Part shown: positions 38,437-51,501 of the stretch, piece after piece
Numbering within the stretch: position 1 is the first letter of the stretch
How the letters are laid out: each line of letters begins with the position of its first letter
DNA from: Cyanophora paradoxa CCMP329
Taxonomy: Eukaryota; Plantae; Glaucophyta
Length of the DNA stretch: 64,000 nt
Direction of reading: 5' to 3'
Assembly: GCA_004431415.1 (NCBI GenBank)
Contig: QPMI01000142.1
Coordinates: 52,335-116,334, forward strand
Made by a program: the position numbers and the translations under genes
The notes under the pieces: model-generated
Database searches by the model: none
The model's input: only the letters and a program-made list of their open reading frames with translations
What the model was told of the DNA's origin: nothing

Positions 38437-39140
38437 TTCCCACTGCACATCGCTACCCTCTTTCGAGAGGGACGTTGTACCAGTGTTCTACAGCTTCGAA
38501 TCCCCCGCATATCGCGATCCCTCTCAAAAAGAGGCGACGGTTATACCGGAGGGATGTAAATTCGTGCGCGGCATTGCTATGAATTCCCACCCCCACCCCC
38601 CCCGCGCGCGCGGCCGGCGCCGGCCGCGGCCTTTTCGGCCTGCCTTGTCGCTTGCAGATTCGTTTAAGGATGCGGTCTACACGTGCACCTACATCAAGAC
38701 GTCGACCTTTCCCACTGCACATCGCTACCCTCTTTCGAGAGGGACGTTGTACCAGTGTTCTACAGCTTCGAATCCCCCGCATATCGCGATCCCTCTCAAA
38801 AAGAGGCGACGGTTATACCGGAGGGATGTAAATTCGTGCGCGGCATTGCTATGAATTTCCCCCCCCCCACCCCCCCCCCACCCCACCCCCACCCCACCCC
38901 GCGCGCGCGGCCGGCGCCGGCCGCGGCCTTTTCGGCCTGCCTTGTCGCTTGCAGATTCGTTTAAGGATGCGGTCTACACGTGCACCTACATCAAGACGTC
39001 GACCTTTCCCACTGCACATCGCTACCCTCTTTCGAGAGGGACGTTGTACCAGTGTTCTACAGCTTCGAATCCCCCGCATATCGCGATCCCTCTCAAAAAG
39101 AGGCGACGGTTATACCGGAGGGATGTAAATTCGTGCGCAT
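38437..39140 (+). repeat. three tandem copies of an exon+intron-like unit (periods 272 and 297 bp)
   Basis: TTCCCACTGCACATCGCTACC...TAAATTCGTGCGC at 38437, 38709 and 39006; the length difference lies in a poly-C tract between a GTGCGC donor and a TTGCAG acceptor. Confidence 0.9.
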
Positions 39141-40109
39141 CATTCATAATCTAGTTTGGATTTCCCTCTTTCGGCCTGCCTTCTCGCATGCAGGTCTCCC
39201 TCTCAATTAATATTTCAAGATCTCAAATTCAATTTTCGGTGACCTTGTGACCCTCACAATAAGCGAAACCGAACTAATTATTATCACGCTTTGAATGGGT
39301 GTAGATGTGGCGGCGTCCGACGGGAACAACTCGACTCACATTCCTTCCATTCCCCTCAACTCAACTCACCTTGTTTCCATCTCATGGCATGATCGTTCTC
39401 GTTTCTTCTCTATTGATCTGTTTCTTTTTGTATTATTGACATGTGTAAGCGCTTCAGATCGACGTGCTTGTTGCCTCTTGGACATGCTTCTTCATGATTC
39501 TATTTATTAGTTCGCATTCAGGTCCGCTTTTGTCGATATCTCAACAGTCAGTTTACCTTCATCTAATGTTATACGACGTGGTCGACGTCAAACGTGAACA
39601 CAACGTGGAGATCTAGCTAAAATCGACGGGGGAGTTCGAGCACATTTCGAGATTTGCTTTTATTAATGGTTCACATTTCGAGGTTTGTATGAATTCATAT
39701 ATATTACTTGATTTATCGAATATTTAATTTATCCTTGTGTGCAGCGGCGCAATTCCAATTGCAAGCGATCTGGATTTCTCACGCGACTCATCAGCTCCTC
39801 CTCACTCCTAGGCCTGATCCTGGAATCTGATATTCTGAAGTCGAAGCGGCCTTCGTGCTGCGCTGGCTGGCGCAACGAGGTAGCTAGGCGCCACAGCGAA
39901 ATGATTTTTAGTAGCTAGCTATAGGTAGCTAGGTATGTGAACTCACTGTACTGTGATATGCTAGATATGCTTCAGAAAACCCCGCGGGTAGAAAAATCGG
40001 CCACTTATAATTATTATCAAATTCTTCGATATAAGCAGACGTGCTTGATTTAATCGCAATCGTCCACAGCATAGCTGATCTTCTGCAGATGCTGCTTCCA
40101 CAGCACACT

Positions 40110-40471
40110 CGAGGCCCATTAATTGGGGCCGAAGCTCGAGAGAAGCTCGAGTAGGGGGCGCGGGCATGCATGCCGGCCCATGACTGACTCGAGCTCGAGC
40201 TCTGATCATGAGCTCGCGATCGAGAAGGGGGCGCGAGCTCGAGAGGCTCGATCGCGAGGGCCGCGGCCGGGGGGCGCGAGCTCGAGGTACGCGTACGTCG
40301 ACGTCGATCATGCCATGATCGATGATGCATATGGCTAGTGTATACGTATATGTACTAGTACTAGGTATATATAATAGCTAGTTGAAAGGAGGAATCGGAA
40401 GGAAGTGCATGTAATTAATATTCGCTAGTTCGAGCTTAATAGCTTGAGGGAAACTAGCTATATCGGCCTCG
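40110..40471. mobile_element. palindrome-rich block with short terminal inverted repeats (MITE-like candidate)
   Basis: CGAGGCC (40110) ... GGCCTCG (40471) bracket chains of overlapping short palindromes. Confidence 0.25.
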
Positions 40472-40770
40472 CCATATACCACCGCGCGCAAGAATTTCGG
40501 AGCGTGCACGCGCGCAGTAGCGAAAGTTTCGCGGGAGTTCGCCAGTTGCGGCTGGCGCGCGCGGACCGCGGCGCGGCCGGAAGATCTGCCCTCGCGATCG
40601 GATATCGGAGAATCGGATATCTGCTTTGCATCATTCGACCGTATACGGCATCTCGCCTGTGCGTATACTCCCAATTGTGCCGGATCAATATTGCCTTTGT
40701 GTATCACGATATAGCGTCTCAAATTTAACTCGAAATTGACTGTGTGCGGTTGAATTGCGCAGGATCGCAG

Positions 40771-43700
40771 GATGGCTTATTTCTCCACCGGTAGCGGGAG
40801 TACCCTCCAGGCCGTTAGGCTGAATGAGGACGTCGAAGGTAGAATTGAATTTAAAGAAAGCTCTTATGCCGAGGGTGACATCAAGGAGGAGCTGATCGAG
40901 AAGGACCAAATGAGCAGAAACGAGAACCTTTCTATCAAGAAGATTTGGTTCGCGCTTCTCTCATTAATATTTTCTTTTCTGGCAGTGTTTTATTATTGCG
41001 GATTACAGGGCTTGCTCTGCTTTCGAGCTTCTGGCTGCGTGTCGGATTGAGAACGCCAGATTTGTCTTGGTCTCTATCACACTCAGAAAAGAAAAGCGCA
41101 AGCTTGATTGCTTGACCTCTCAGCGGGATATGAGCTCTTTCAAAAAGAAGCCAGGCGACATTCTCCCTCTCAGCAACGCCAACATGTCCCAAAAAGACCT
41201 CAGCAACTTTTGGAGTGCGCGCTCGAAGCTCGAAGAATATCGGAACTTCTTTATTTCTGCGACTCTCTATGATATCACTTCGGTACGTACGCCATAAAAT
41301 GATAATTAAAATAACCATACTTGTCGATGATGACGATCTGCAAGCAGAATCTCGAGTGGTTTGTCTGCGTGAAGCCCGGATCCGGAGGACGCGAACTTGT
41401 GCACGTTAGAAACAGCTTGCCTTCAGAGTCCCGTTCATTAGAAAAGCTACTCATTCCCAAGCGGACAAATGAAATCTTCACGGTAAAGGACCCAGTAACT
41501 GTTGTTGCAATCGTGCGCTCTTTGTAATCAATACTGCTGTTTTGATGAATCAAGTTTATGTTAACTTCTGATCCGGCAGAGTTTTCTGGGCCAGGTGGCT
41601 GCCGGCGACAGCAAAGGCGAGATCACTCTGAGGTATCATTCGTCTAGAGATAGCGACAAATTCCCCATTAAGTTCAAGGAAAGCGACGAGAAAGTCAAAT
41701 TCTTGCAGTTTTCAAGGGTGCGTGCGCGCTGTCCACGTGCATGAGCTTTACAATCGTGCATTCCTCACAATCGCGGCGCAGCGTGGCGACACCCTCGTCG
41801 CGGTCTACGAGGATGAGATGTATTTCATTGGCATCAATGAAGCAAACAAGAGGCTCTGCTATGATATACACAATCCGGAGCAGGAACTTCGCGCGGGCTT
41901 CGTGAAACACCGGATCCCGCCAGGCGCCTTGGGGATTGCGGCACCCCCTGTGCGCGCGCCTGCCCTGTTGCAAAACATTAAATGCGGGAGCGCGAAAATG
42001 AAGATGACTTGCGCGAGTGTCCGACGCAGGACTTCTTTTTGATGAGCATCTTCTATCCGGATGGAAAGATCTTGAATTTCGACTGCAAACCCGAAGTAAG
42101 CGCATTCATATCCACAATCCAATCTTTGAACTTTGACATAAAGTGCGCTTGCTTTCGTAGACTCTAGAGGTCAAACTTTCCAAGCTCCAGGTATCCAAAC
42201 GCCTATTGCGAGCATCTCCGCCTTCTATTATTATACCCTTGGACTTTCCCGTGCGCTGGGATTAATTATTATAAATAAATGAACCGCAGGCCGAGCAGGA
42301 TGCTTTCGTGGGCCTAATCAATGGCCTGAATCTTCCCGGAACCTCCCAGGACACGGCTTGTACAAAGGTGCTGGGGTTGTGAAAGCTCTCTATATGCTCC
42401 GTTCTAGCTTTACCACTAGCTATAGTACTGCTCGCCATCGATATCCGATAACACCAGTTGCAAACATTTTGCAGGTCTCTAAACTCGTGAATTTCTACGG
42501 AGTGCGCATACGCACGGATAGCCTGTGGCTCATGATCAGTGAGTCTGACTATTTTGCAGGAGGCGATGCGCGAGCGGGACACAGTGAAGGCCCAACTTGC
42601 AGAACTGATCCCGTGGAAGGTTGATACAGAGCGCAAGGTGCGCTAGTTTCTAGATCTGCAGCTGGGTGCTAGTTTTGGGTGCGCTCGCGAGCGCGGCCTC
42701 GGCCGCATCCTAATCATGATCAGTTATCGATAGTTTAACCATATATAACGCCAGATCTGGATCTAGAACGACAGACATTTAGCCCCCTTCTTTCGAATTC
42801 TGCTTTACATTTCGCGATCCTATACTGTGCGCGCAGCTTGCCGAATTAACAAATCAAACTAGGCATGATGCTATATGTTTGACATATGGTTTTCGGGATC
42901 TAAATCTGCGCTTTGGCGCATGCACAAAGCCGCCCCGGCCCGCGGGCTTCCCCACCGGTACCTCACGGTAAACATTCTTCGCAGGTCGCCAATCTGGAGC
43001 AGACGCACAAGGCGCGACGCTCTATGTCGATAGCTATATTGTGGCGTGTCGGTCCGCTGACGGCATTGCAGGCGATGGCGGACGAGCTGGCTGCCGTGAA
43101 GGAGGAGCGCACGAAGCTGCAGAGCGACAAGGACGCCGCTGACAGCAAGGTGGGCGACGTGTTGGTTTCGGGATCTAAATCTGCGCGTCGGCGCATGCAC
43201 AAAGCTTAAGCCGCCCCGCGGCCCGCGGGCTTCCTCGCCTCACAGTAAACATTCTTCGCAGGTCGCCAATCTGGAGCAGACGCACAAGGCGCGACGCTCT
43301 ATGTCGATAGCTATATTGTGGCGTGTCGGTCCGCTGACGGCATTGCAGGCGACGATGGACGAGCTGGCTGCCGTGAAGGAGGAGCGCACGAAGCTGCAGA
43401 GCGACAAGGACGCCGCTGACAGCAAGGTGGGCGACGTGTTGGTTTCGGGATCTAAATCTGCGCGTCGGCGCATGCACAAAGCTTAAGCCGCCCCGCGGCC
43501 CGCGGGCTTCCTCGCCTCACGGTGAACATTCTTCGCAGGTCGCCAATCTGGAGCAGACGCACAAGGCGCGACGCTCTATGTCGATAGCTATATTGTGGCG
43601 CGTGGCACGGTCCGCTGACGGCATTGCAGGCGATGGCGGACGCGCTGGCTGCCGTGAAGGAGGAGCGCACGAAGCTGCAGAGCGACAAGGACGCCGCTGA

Positions 43701-46700
43701 TAGCAAGGTGGGCGACGTGTTGGTTTCGGGATCTAAATCTGCGCGTCGGCGCATGCACAAAGCTTAAGACGCCCCGCGGCCCGCGGGCTTCCTCGCCTCA
43801 CAGTGAACATTCTTCGCAGGTCGCCAATCTGGAGCAGACGCACAAGGCGCGACGCTCTATGTCGATAGCTATATTGTGGCGCGTCGGTCCGCTGACGACA
43901 TTGCAGGCGACGATGGACGAGCTGGCTGCCGTGAAGGAGGAGCGCACGAAGCTGCAGAGCGACAAGGACGCCGCTGACAGCAAGGTGGGCGACGTGTTGG
44001 TTTCGGGATCTAAATCTGCGCGTCGGCGCATGCACAAAGCTTAAGCCGCCCCGCGGCCCGCGGGCTTCCTCGCCTCACAGTAAACATTCTTCGCAGGTCG
44101 CCAATCTGGAGCAGACGCACAAGGCGCGACGCTCTATGTCGATAGCTATATTGTGGCGCGTCGGTCCGCTGACGGCATTGCAGGCGATGGCGGACGAGCT
44201 GGCTGCCGTGAAGGAGGAGCGCACGAAGCTGCAGAGCGACAAGGACGCCGCTGACAGCAAGGTGGGCGACGTGTTGATTTCGGGATCTAAATCTGCGCGT
44301 CGGCGCATGCACAAAGCTTTAAGCCGCCCCGCGGCCCGCGGGCTTCCTCGCCTCCCGGTGAACATTAAATATTCTTCGCAGGTCGCCAATCTGGAGCAGA
44401 CGCACAAGGCGCGACGCTCTATGTCGATAGCTATATTGTGGCGTGTCGGTCCGCTGACGGCATTGCAGGCGACGATGGACGAGCTGGCTGCCGTGAAGGA
44501 GGAGCGCACGAAGCTGCAGAGCGACAAGGACGCCGCTGACAGCAAGGTGGGCGACGTGTTGGTTTCGGGATCTAAATCTGCGCGTCGGCGCATGCACAAA
44601 GCTTAAGCCGCCCCGCGGCCCGCGGGCTTCCTCGCCTCACAGTGAACATTCTTCGCAGGTCGCCAATCTGGAGCAGACGCACAAGGCGCGACGCTCTATG
44701 TCGATAGCTATGTTGTGGCGCGTGGCACGGTCCGCTGACGGCATTGCAGGCGATGGCGGACGCGCTGGCTGCCGTGAAGGAGGAGCGCACGAAGCTGCAG
44801 AGCGACAAGGACGCCGCTGATAGCAAGGTGGGCGACGTGTTGGTTTCGGGATCTAAATCTGCGCGTCGGCGCATGCACAAAGCTTAAGACGCCCCGCGGC
44901 CCGCGGGCTTCCTCGCCTCACAGTGAACATTCTTCGCAGGTCGCCAATCTGGAGCAGACGCACAAGGCGCGACGCTCTATGTCGATAGCTATATTGTGGC
45001 GCGTCGGTCCGCTGACGACATTGCAGGCGACGATGGACGAGCTGGCTGCCGTGAAGGAGGAGCGCACGAAGCTGCAGAGCGACAAGGACGCCGCTGACAG
45101 CAAGGTGGGCGACGTGTTGGTTTCGGGATCTAAATCTGCGCGTCGGCGCATGCACAAAGCTTAAGCCGCCCCGCGGCCCGCGGGCTTCCTCGCCTCACAG
45201 TAAACATTCTTCGCAGGTCGCCAATCTGGAGCAGACGCACAAGGCGCGACGCTCTATGTCGATAGCTATATTGTGGCGTGTCGGTCCGCTGACGGCATTG
45301 CAGGCGACGATGGACGAGCTGGCTGCCGTGAAGGAGGAGCGCACGAAGCTGCAGAGCGACAAGGACGCCGCTGACAGCAAGGTGGGCGACGTGTTGATTT
45401 CGGGATCTAAATCTGCGCGTCGGCGCATGCACAAAGCTTTAAGCCGCCCCGCGGCCCGCGGGCTTCCTCGCCTCCCGGTGAACATTAAATATTCTTCGCA
45501 GGTCGCCAATCTGGAGCAGACGCACAAGGCGCGACGCTCTATGTCGATAGCTATGTTGTGGCGCGTGGCACGGTCCGCTGACGGCATTGCAGGCGATGGC
45601 GGACGCGCTGGCTGCCGTGAAGGAGGAGCGCACGAAGCTGCAGAGCGACAAGGACGCCGCTGATAGCAAGGTGGGCGACGTGTTGGTTTCGGGATCTAAA
45701 TCTGCGCGTCGGCGCATGCACAAAGCTTAAGACGCCCCGCGGCCCGCGGGCTTCCTCGCCTCACAGTGAACATTCTTCGCAGGTCGCCAATCTGGAGCAG
45801 ACGCACAAGGCGCGACGCTCTATGTCGATAGCTATATTGTGGCGCGTCGGTCCGCTGACGACATTGCAGGCGACGATGGACGAGCTGGCTGCCGTGAAGG
45901 AGGAGCGCACGAAGCTGCAGAGCGACAAGGACGCCGCTGACAGCAAGGTGGGCGACGTGTTGGTTTCGGGATCTAAATCTGCGCGTCGGCGCATGCACAA
46001 AGCTTAAGCCGCCCCGCGGCCCGCGGGCTTCCTCGCCTCACAGTAAACATTCTTCGCAGGTCGCCAATCTGGAGCAGACGCACAAGGCGCGACGCTCTAT
46101 GTCGATAGCTATATTGTGGCGTGTCGGTCCGCTGACGGCATTGCAGGCGACGATGGACGAGCTGGCTGCCGTGAAGGAGGAGCGCACGAAGCTGCAGAGC
46201 GACAAGGACGCCGCTGACAGCAAGGTGGGCGACGTGTTGATTTCGGGATCTAAATCTGCGCGTCGGCGCATGCACAAAGCTTTAAGCCGCCCCGCGGCCC
46301 GCGGGCTTCCTCGCCTCCCGGTGAACATTAAATATTCTTCGCAGGTCGCCAATCTGGAGCAGACGCACAAGGCGCGACGCTCTATGTCGATAGCTATATT
46401 GTGGCGTGTCGGTCCGCTGACGGCATTGCAGGCGACGATGGACGAGCTGGCTGCCGTGAAGGAGGAGCGCACGAAGCTGCAGAGCGACAAGGACGCCGCT
46501 GACAGCAAGGTGGGCGACGTGTTGGTTTCGGGATCTAAATTTGCGCGTCGGGGCATGCACAAAGCTTAAGCCGCCCCGCGGCCCGCGGGCTTCTTCGCCT
46601 CACAGTAAACATTCTTCGCAGGTCGCCAATCTGGAGCAGACGCACAAGGCGCGACGCTCTATGTCGATAGCTATATTGTGGCGCGTCGGTCCGCTGACGA

Positions 46701-48698
46701 CATTGCAGGCGACGATGGACGAGCTGGCTGCCGTGAAGGAGGAGCGCACGAAGCTGCAGAGCGACAAGGACGCCGCCGTGAAGAAGGTGGGCGATGTATT
46801 TGATTTTGGGATGATGCACAAAGCTACCCCGGCCCGCGGGCTTCCCCGGCTCACGGTGAACATTAAACATTGTTTGCAGGCCGACGCTCTTGAGCAGACA
46901 CACAAGGCGCGCTGTTCAGAATCAATGCGCAGCGCGTAGCGCGTGATCCGCTGACGGCCGCGCAGGATTCGACGACCGATTTCAATGATGTCAAGCAGAC
47001 TCTGGCTGCCACGGAGGCTGAAATGCGGACGCTTCTGAAGGCAAAGGCCGAGGCCGTCAGCCAGGTGATTAGAGCAATAAATATCGAAGATGGCCGGCGT
47101 TTCAGAATGCGTTTGGTCCTGTGCAGTTGCGGGAGACGCAGCGCGTGAACAACTGCGTGGCTGGGCTCGTCTCCGACCTTGCCAAGGTACCCCACTTGCA
47201 CGTTTGATTTCCTGTGCCCAATCTTAACAGTTTCGTTTACGAAACTGGCTGCGATCCGCAGATGGCCTCCCTTCCCGTTGAAGCGTTGGTTTCCGCTGCA
47301 TCGGTGCGATTTCCGGAACAGCCCATATACATATGCATGTCAGTCGCATGCGCCGCAAGCTCATAATCATGACCTGCTGGCGCATGCGCAGCATTTCGAT
47401 CTGGAGGCCATTGCAACGGCTGTGACCAGCTGCAGCTCCGATTCTTTGGTAATTTTGCTTGCAGAGAAGGATGCATATGACTTCGCCATTGACCGTGAAT
47501 TTCTTCAGGACTCTGAAATCGCGACCGTCGCAGCGCCAGCATCGATTTCTGAATTGGTGCGTTGTATGACATGGGTGGTCGCCCCACCGTAGCCTCTATT
47601 TGAATAAAATTTTAACACCGTTGAATTGCGCCATTGGGTGAAGCCCCACCACAAAATCAATCATTGGGCGACGCCTGCAAATTTTGATTATTAATATTTG
47701 TATTCTGTCTGAATCAACCCGCTTTCGAGATTATCTATATGATGGAAATGTCTGCAGCTTGCAACTGACGACATCGCGCGTATACGTAGCTGCAGCGGCT
47801 GGCGGAGTGCAAAGCCCAGCTCGCACGAGTGGCATGCGCTGCGGAGGGGCTCGCCCGGCGCGCCGGACTGGATTCGGCGACGGAGGTCTTGCCTGCGGTC
47901 ATTGAGAAGGCCTGCGAAGTGATCGACGACAAGGAACGGGAGGCCGAGTATGTCAAGGCACCTGCCGCTGCGGCGGCCGCGTCGGCCGGCGAGGCGGAGT
48001 CTGCGCTCGCGGAGGCCATCGAGGCGCTGAAAGCGAGTTCGGCGTCGGAGGCTGCAGCGCGCACGGCGGCTGCGGAGGCCGCCAAGGCGAGGTCCGCGCA
48101 TGGGACGTATGTCGAGTTGGAGGCCGACGCGAAGAAGCTCGAGGCCAAGGCGCGCACGGCCGCTGCGGAGGCCGCCGAAACGCGAGCTGCGCTTGCAGAG
48201 GGCGCCAGGGCGCGAGCAGCGGCATCGGAGGGCTCTGCCCGCGTGGCGGCTGCGGATGCCGCGAAGTCGAAGTCTGAGTTCGCGGAGGCCGCCAGGGCGC
48301 AGACAGCCGCTTCGGAGGCCGCCAAGCGCGAGGCGGCGGCGCAGTTTGCCAAGGCGCAGTCCGCGCTTGATAAGGCCGCCAAGGCGCTGAAAGCGAATTC
48401 AGACGCTGCAGCGCGCGCAGCGGAGGCGGCGATCAATCCTGTCGCCGCCGGCGACCCGCCTCCGGCCTCGACCGCAGTCTCCAGGAAGCGCAGTCTGGAG
48501 GACGCAATCGGGGCCAACCCGCCCAGCGGGAGCTCGAGTTCCGGCGCCCCGCCGTCCTCTCGCCCCCGCAACGCTGACGACGCGGAGAACGTCGGCGCCG
48601 GTGGTGGTGGCGGCGCTTCGCCCGCCGCCAGCTGCGGCGGCGGTACGGATCCGACGGTGCCGCCCCGCCAGCCCCTGGGCTCCATCTCGCATGTTTGA
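40771..48698 (+). CDS. large multi-exon protein: WD40/beta-propeller-like region, tandem 35-aa coiled-coil repeats, Ala-rich coiled coil (5' end uncertain, probably further upstream)
   Basis: In-frame exons such as NEIFTVKDPVTVVAI|SFLGQVAAGDSKGEITLRY...EKVKFLQFSR|RGDTLVAVYEDEMYFIGI; then the repeat exons; then DSTTDFNDVKQTL..., and a last exon LQRLAECKAQL...SISHV* ending at 48698. Confidence 0.7.
42985..46906 (+). repeat. 14 tandem exon-intron-exon-intron cassettes (277/281/285 bp) plus a diverged 15th exon
   Basis: Exon A starts at 42985, 43262, 43539, 43820, 44097, 44382, 44659, 44940, 45217, 45502, 45783, 46060, 46345 and 46622; variant at 46880. Confidence 0.97.
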
Positions 48699-50768
48699 TT
48701 CTAGATCTGCGACTCATTTTCGATTGTTCGCAATTCCATTCTTCTCCATCCAGCGGTCGTGATCATATTTCAGGCAAGCCACTTAGCTAGAACTTGTCTG
48801 ACTTTCAATCCAAACCTGGCATATATATGCATATTTACTTGCCTACGTATACTTGCCTGGCGAAAAGGGCTCCGGGGTCAGGCCGAGCTATTAGCGGCCC
48901 GGTGTTGAGAGGATGGGTTGAGTTAAGATTAAGGGGCGGTGCGGCCTTTAGCTTGAGCTTCAGCTGAGCTCAACTCCTCACTTCGCGGTCCTTTCTTGGC
49001 GGAAATTCGCTGGAAAATCAACGCCGCGTGCAAGCGCACAAGAATTGAATTTCATGCGCAGCTTTTTAGTTTCGTTTGAAATGTGGTAGCGGGCTGTCCG
49101 TCGGACCTCCGAGGCTCTGGCTTTCGAGTTTCGAATCGAGCTACAGAGTCGCCGAATGCGAACGCCGTGCGTTCGTTGCGTCGGCAGTACTCACTGTCGG
49201 CTGCGCAGTTTTAGCTCGGAAGCTATAATTCGCCGCGCTAATTAGATTACTAATTATGTTCCAATTGTCGCGATTTCGTGGCAGGCGTATATTCTGTTGT
49301 GCACGTGGCTGCATATTGCAATTTGCAAGAATTCGAATTCGAAGCTGAAGGAGGAGCTGCGGAGCTGCGGAATGATAAGGCTGAACTCCATGCTACGGTG
49401 CCTTAATCAGGATTCCTGACACTCCGTTGCATCAGACCCGTTTCAAATCACTTTTCTTTTGATCGGGTCCGGCTCCGATGAACTCGAGATCGCCTCTGAC
49501 CCTGGAAAGGTGCGCCGCGCGCTCACGCATTTATGTCAGGGGCTCACGCGTCAGAAAAGCTTCACGGAGGCGCTGGGCCCCGTGTCGCACTCGTAGCTAT
49601 AGCCCCGTACCCCCTCGCCCGCATACCTGAAAGTATTGCCGTCAGCGGGGCGCACGGGGCGCCGTGGGCGCGGGAGGGGCTGGAGGTTGGCGTCGTGGCC
49701 GGCGTCCGGGACGGCCTCGAAGCTCTCGAGAATCGGAGGCCCCCCGGGGGCAGAGGGACCGCGCGGCAATTGCAAGGTTCGAGCGGCCTCCCCAAGGCCC
49801 GCCGCTCACAGGCGAGTCAAATGCCGACTTGGCGACGCCTTGGCGACGCTGCTTGGACGGCCCCGCCGATGGCGGCTCGACGCGCGGGACGGGCCGGGTC
49901 AAGGCGGGCGGCAGCGGCGGCGGCGTCTGCGTCGGGATGCGAGGGGGAGAGGAGGCGGGTGGCGGCGACGACGCCGGGTGGCTCAGTGGCGCGCGGCCGG
50001 GCTGGCGACGGTGGGCGGGCGTCGGGGCGCCAGCCCGGAGGCCCAGCCCGGAGGCCCGGAGGCCGGTTCGAATCTCCACCGCGCCGGTTCGTTATCGGTG
50101 GAGCCGCTCTGCCAGGCCCGCGCCATCGCCATTGATCGACACGCTCCGGGGCTCCTCCTCAATTGCCTCTTCGCCCATCCCCGGCCCCTCTGCGAGATCC
50201 ACTTGCCCCCGTACGAGGTCCCCCCGGATCCTCACCGGCGCAGGGGTATAGCGCGCCTGCTGGCTTCCCACTTCCGTGCACCGCACCCCTTCCTCCCGCC
50301 CGGCCTCCCCCCCCCCCCTTTCCTCCCTCCCTCCGATTCCGCCTCGCGATCGTAGTGCACGTGGGCACGGCTGCCGGCTGGGCGGCGTGCTGCTGTGCAC
50401 GCTCGGTGCGTATTTCGTTCATCTCGCTCGCTACCCGCTTGGCAGGGCCGCACTCGTGACGGAATGCGACAGGGAGGCGCGGGTGGAGGCGCGGGCAGCG
50501 CGCCTCTCGCACTTCGCGGGCGGCCCCGCGGGGGGCAGGACGATGGGTACCTCCTCCGGGCGTACCGGGCGGCTCGAACAGGGTGCAGGACGATGGGTGC
50601 AGGACATCGGGGGGTACCGGGCAATCTCGAACGGTCTCCTCCGGCGGCACGCAGGGTCCGACGTTCAGCGGGCCGGGGCGGCCGCATCTTCGGGAGGACG
50701 AGGGGATCGGGGCGCTCCATAGTGTGGCTCCCGCGGCCGCCACCTCCTCCTCCTCTCCCCTTCACCTC

Positions 50769-51495
50769 CTCCGGTGCTCACGCCCCGCGCCTGGCCATGG
50801 GGGCCCCCGCGGCTCGGCCCGCGGAGGCTCTTGGGCGGGCGCGGCGAGGCGCCGCAGGACCTCGTTGGCCGTCTCAGAGTCTTCGTGACGCCGACTGTCT
50901 TCGGGTACGAGTGGTCGCCCTCGTTTGACGGCGTTCACAGCGCGCCGAAACACCGCAGGCGACGAACCGGTTGTCTTGCTGCCCGGAGGCGAGGCCCGTG
51001 AGGAGGAGCGGCTCCCACGCGGCCGGCCGCGGCCCCGCTTCGGCGCGGCGGCCACCTCCTCCGCCGCCACCGCCTCTTCCATCGCCTTCGCCACCGGCAC
51101 GGCCGCCAGCGCTAGCACCGGCACCGCCGCGGGCGGCGGCTCCCTCGGCGTGAGCTGCAGCGCCCCGCGGTGCGCCTCGCGGGGGCGGGTCGCGTGGCGG
51201 CGGCCGCTCCGGTGCTCACGCCCCGCGCCTGGCCATGGGGGCCCCCGCGGCTCGGCCCGCGGAGGCTCTTGGGCGGGCGCGGCGAGGCGCCGCAGGACCT
51301 CGTTGGCCGTCTCAGAGTCTTCGTGACGCCGACTGTCTTCGGGTACGAGTGGTCGCCCTCGTTTGACGCCGTTCACAGCGCGCCGAAACACCGCAGGCGA
51401 CGAACCGGTTGTCTTGCTGCCCGGAGGCGAGGCCCGTGAGGAGGAGCGGCTCCCGCGCGGCCGGCCGCGGCCCCGCTTCGGCGCGGCGGCCACCT
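50769..51495. repeat. 438-bp tandem duplication; unit 2 starts at 51207 and resumes at 54247-~54414 after element B
   Basis: Near-identical sequence offset by 438 nt (146 codons). Confidence 0.9.
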
Positions 51496-51501
51496 TTTTT
51501 T

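Noticed and set aside
42985-46906. CRISPR-like or satellite array
   Set aside because: There are no unique spacers; units are exon-intron cassettes with indels confined to introns.
50200-50280. GNAT-like motif VPPDPHRRRGIARLL on the + strand
   Set aside because: Isolated motif with no surrounding fold; the opposite strand looks more like coding sequence.
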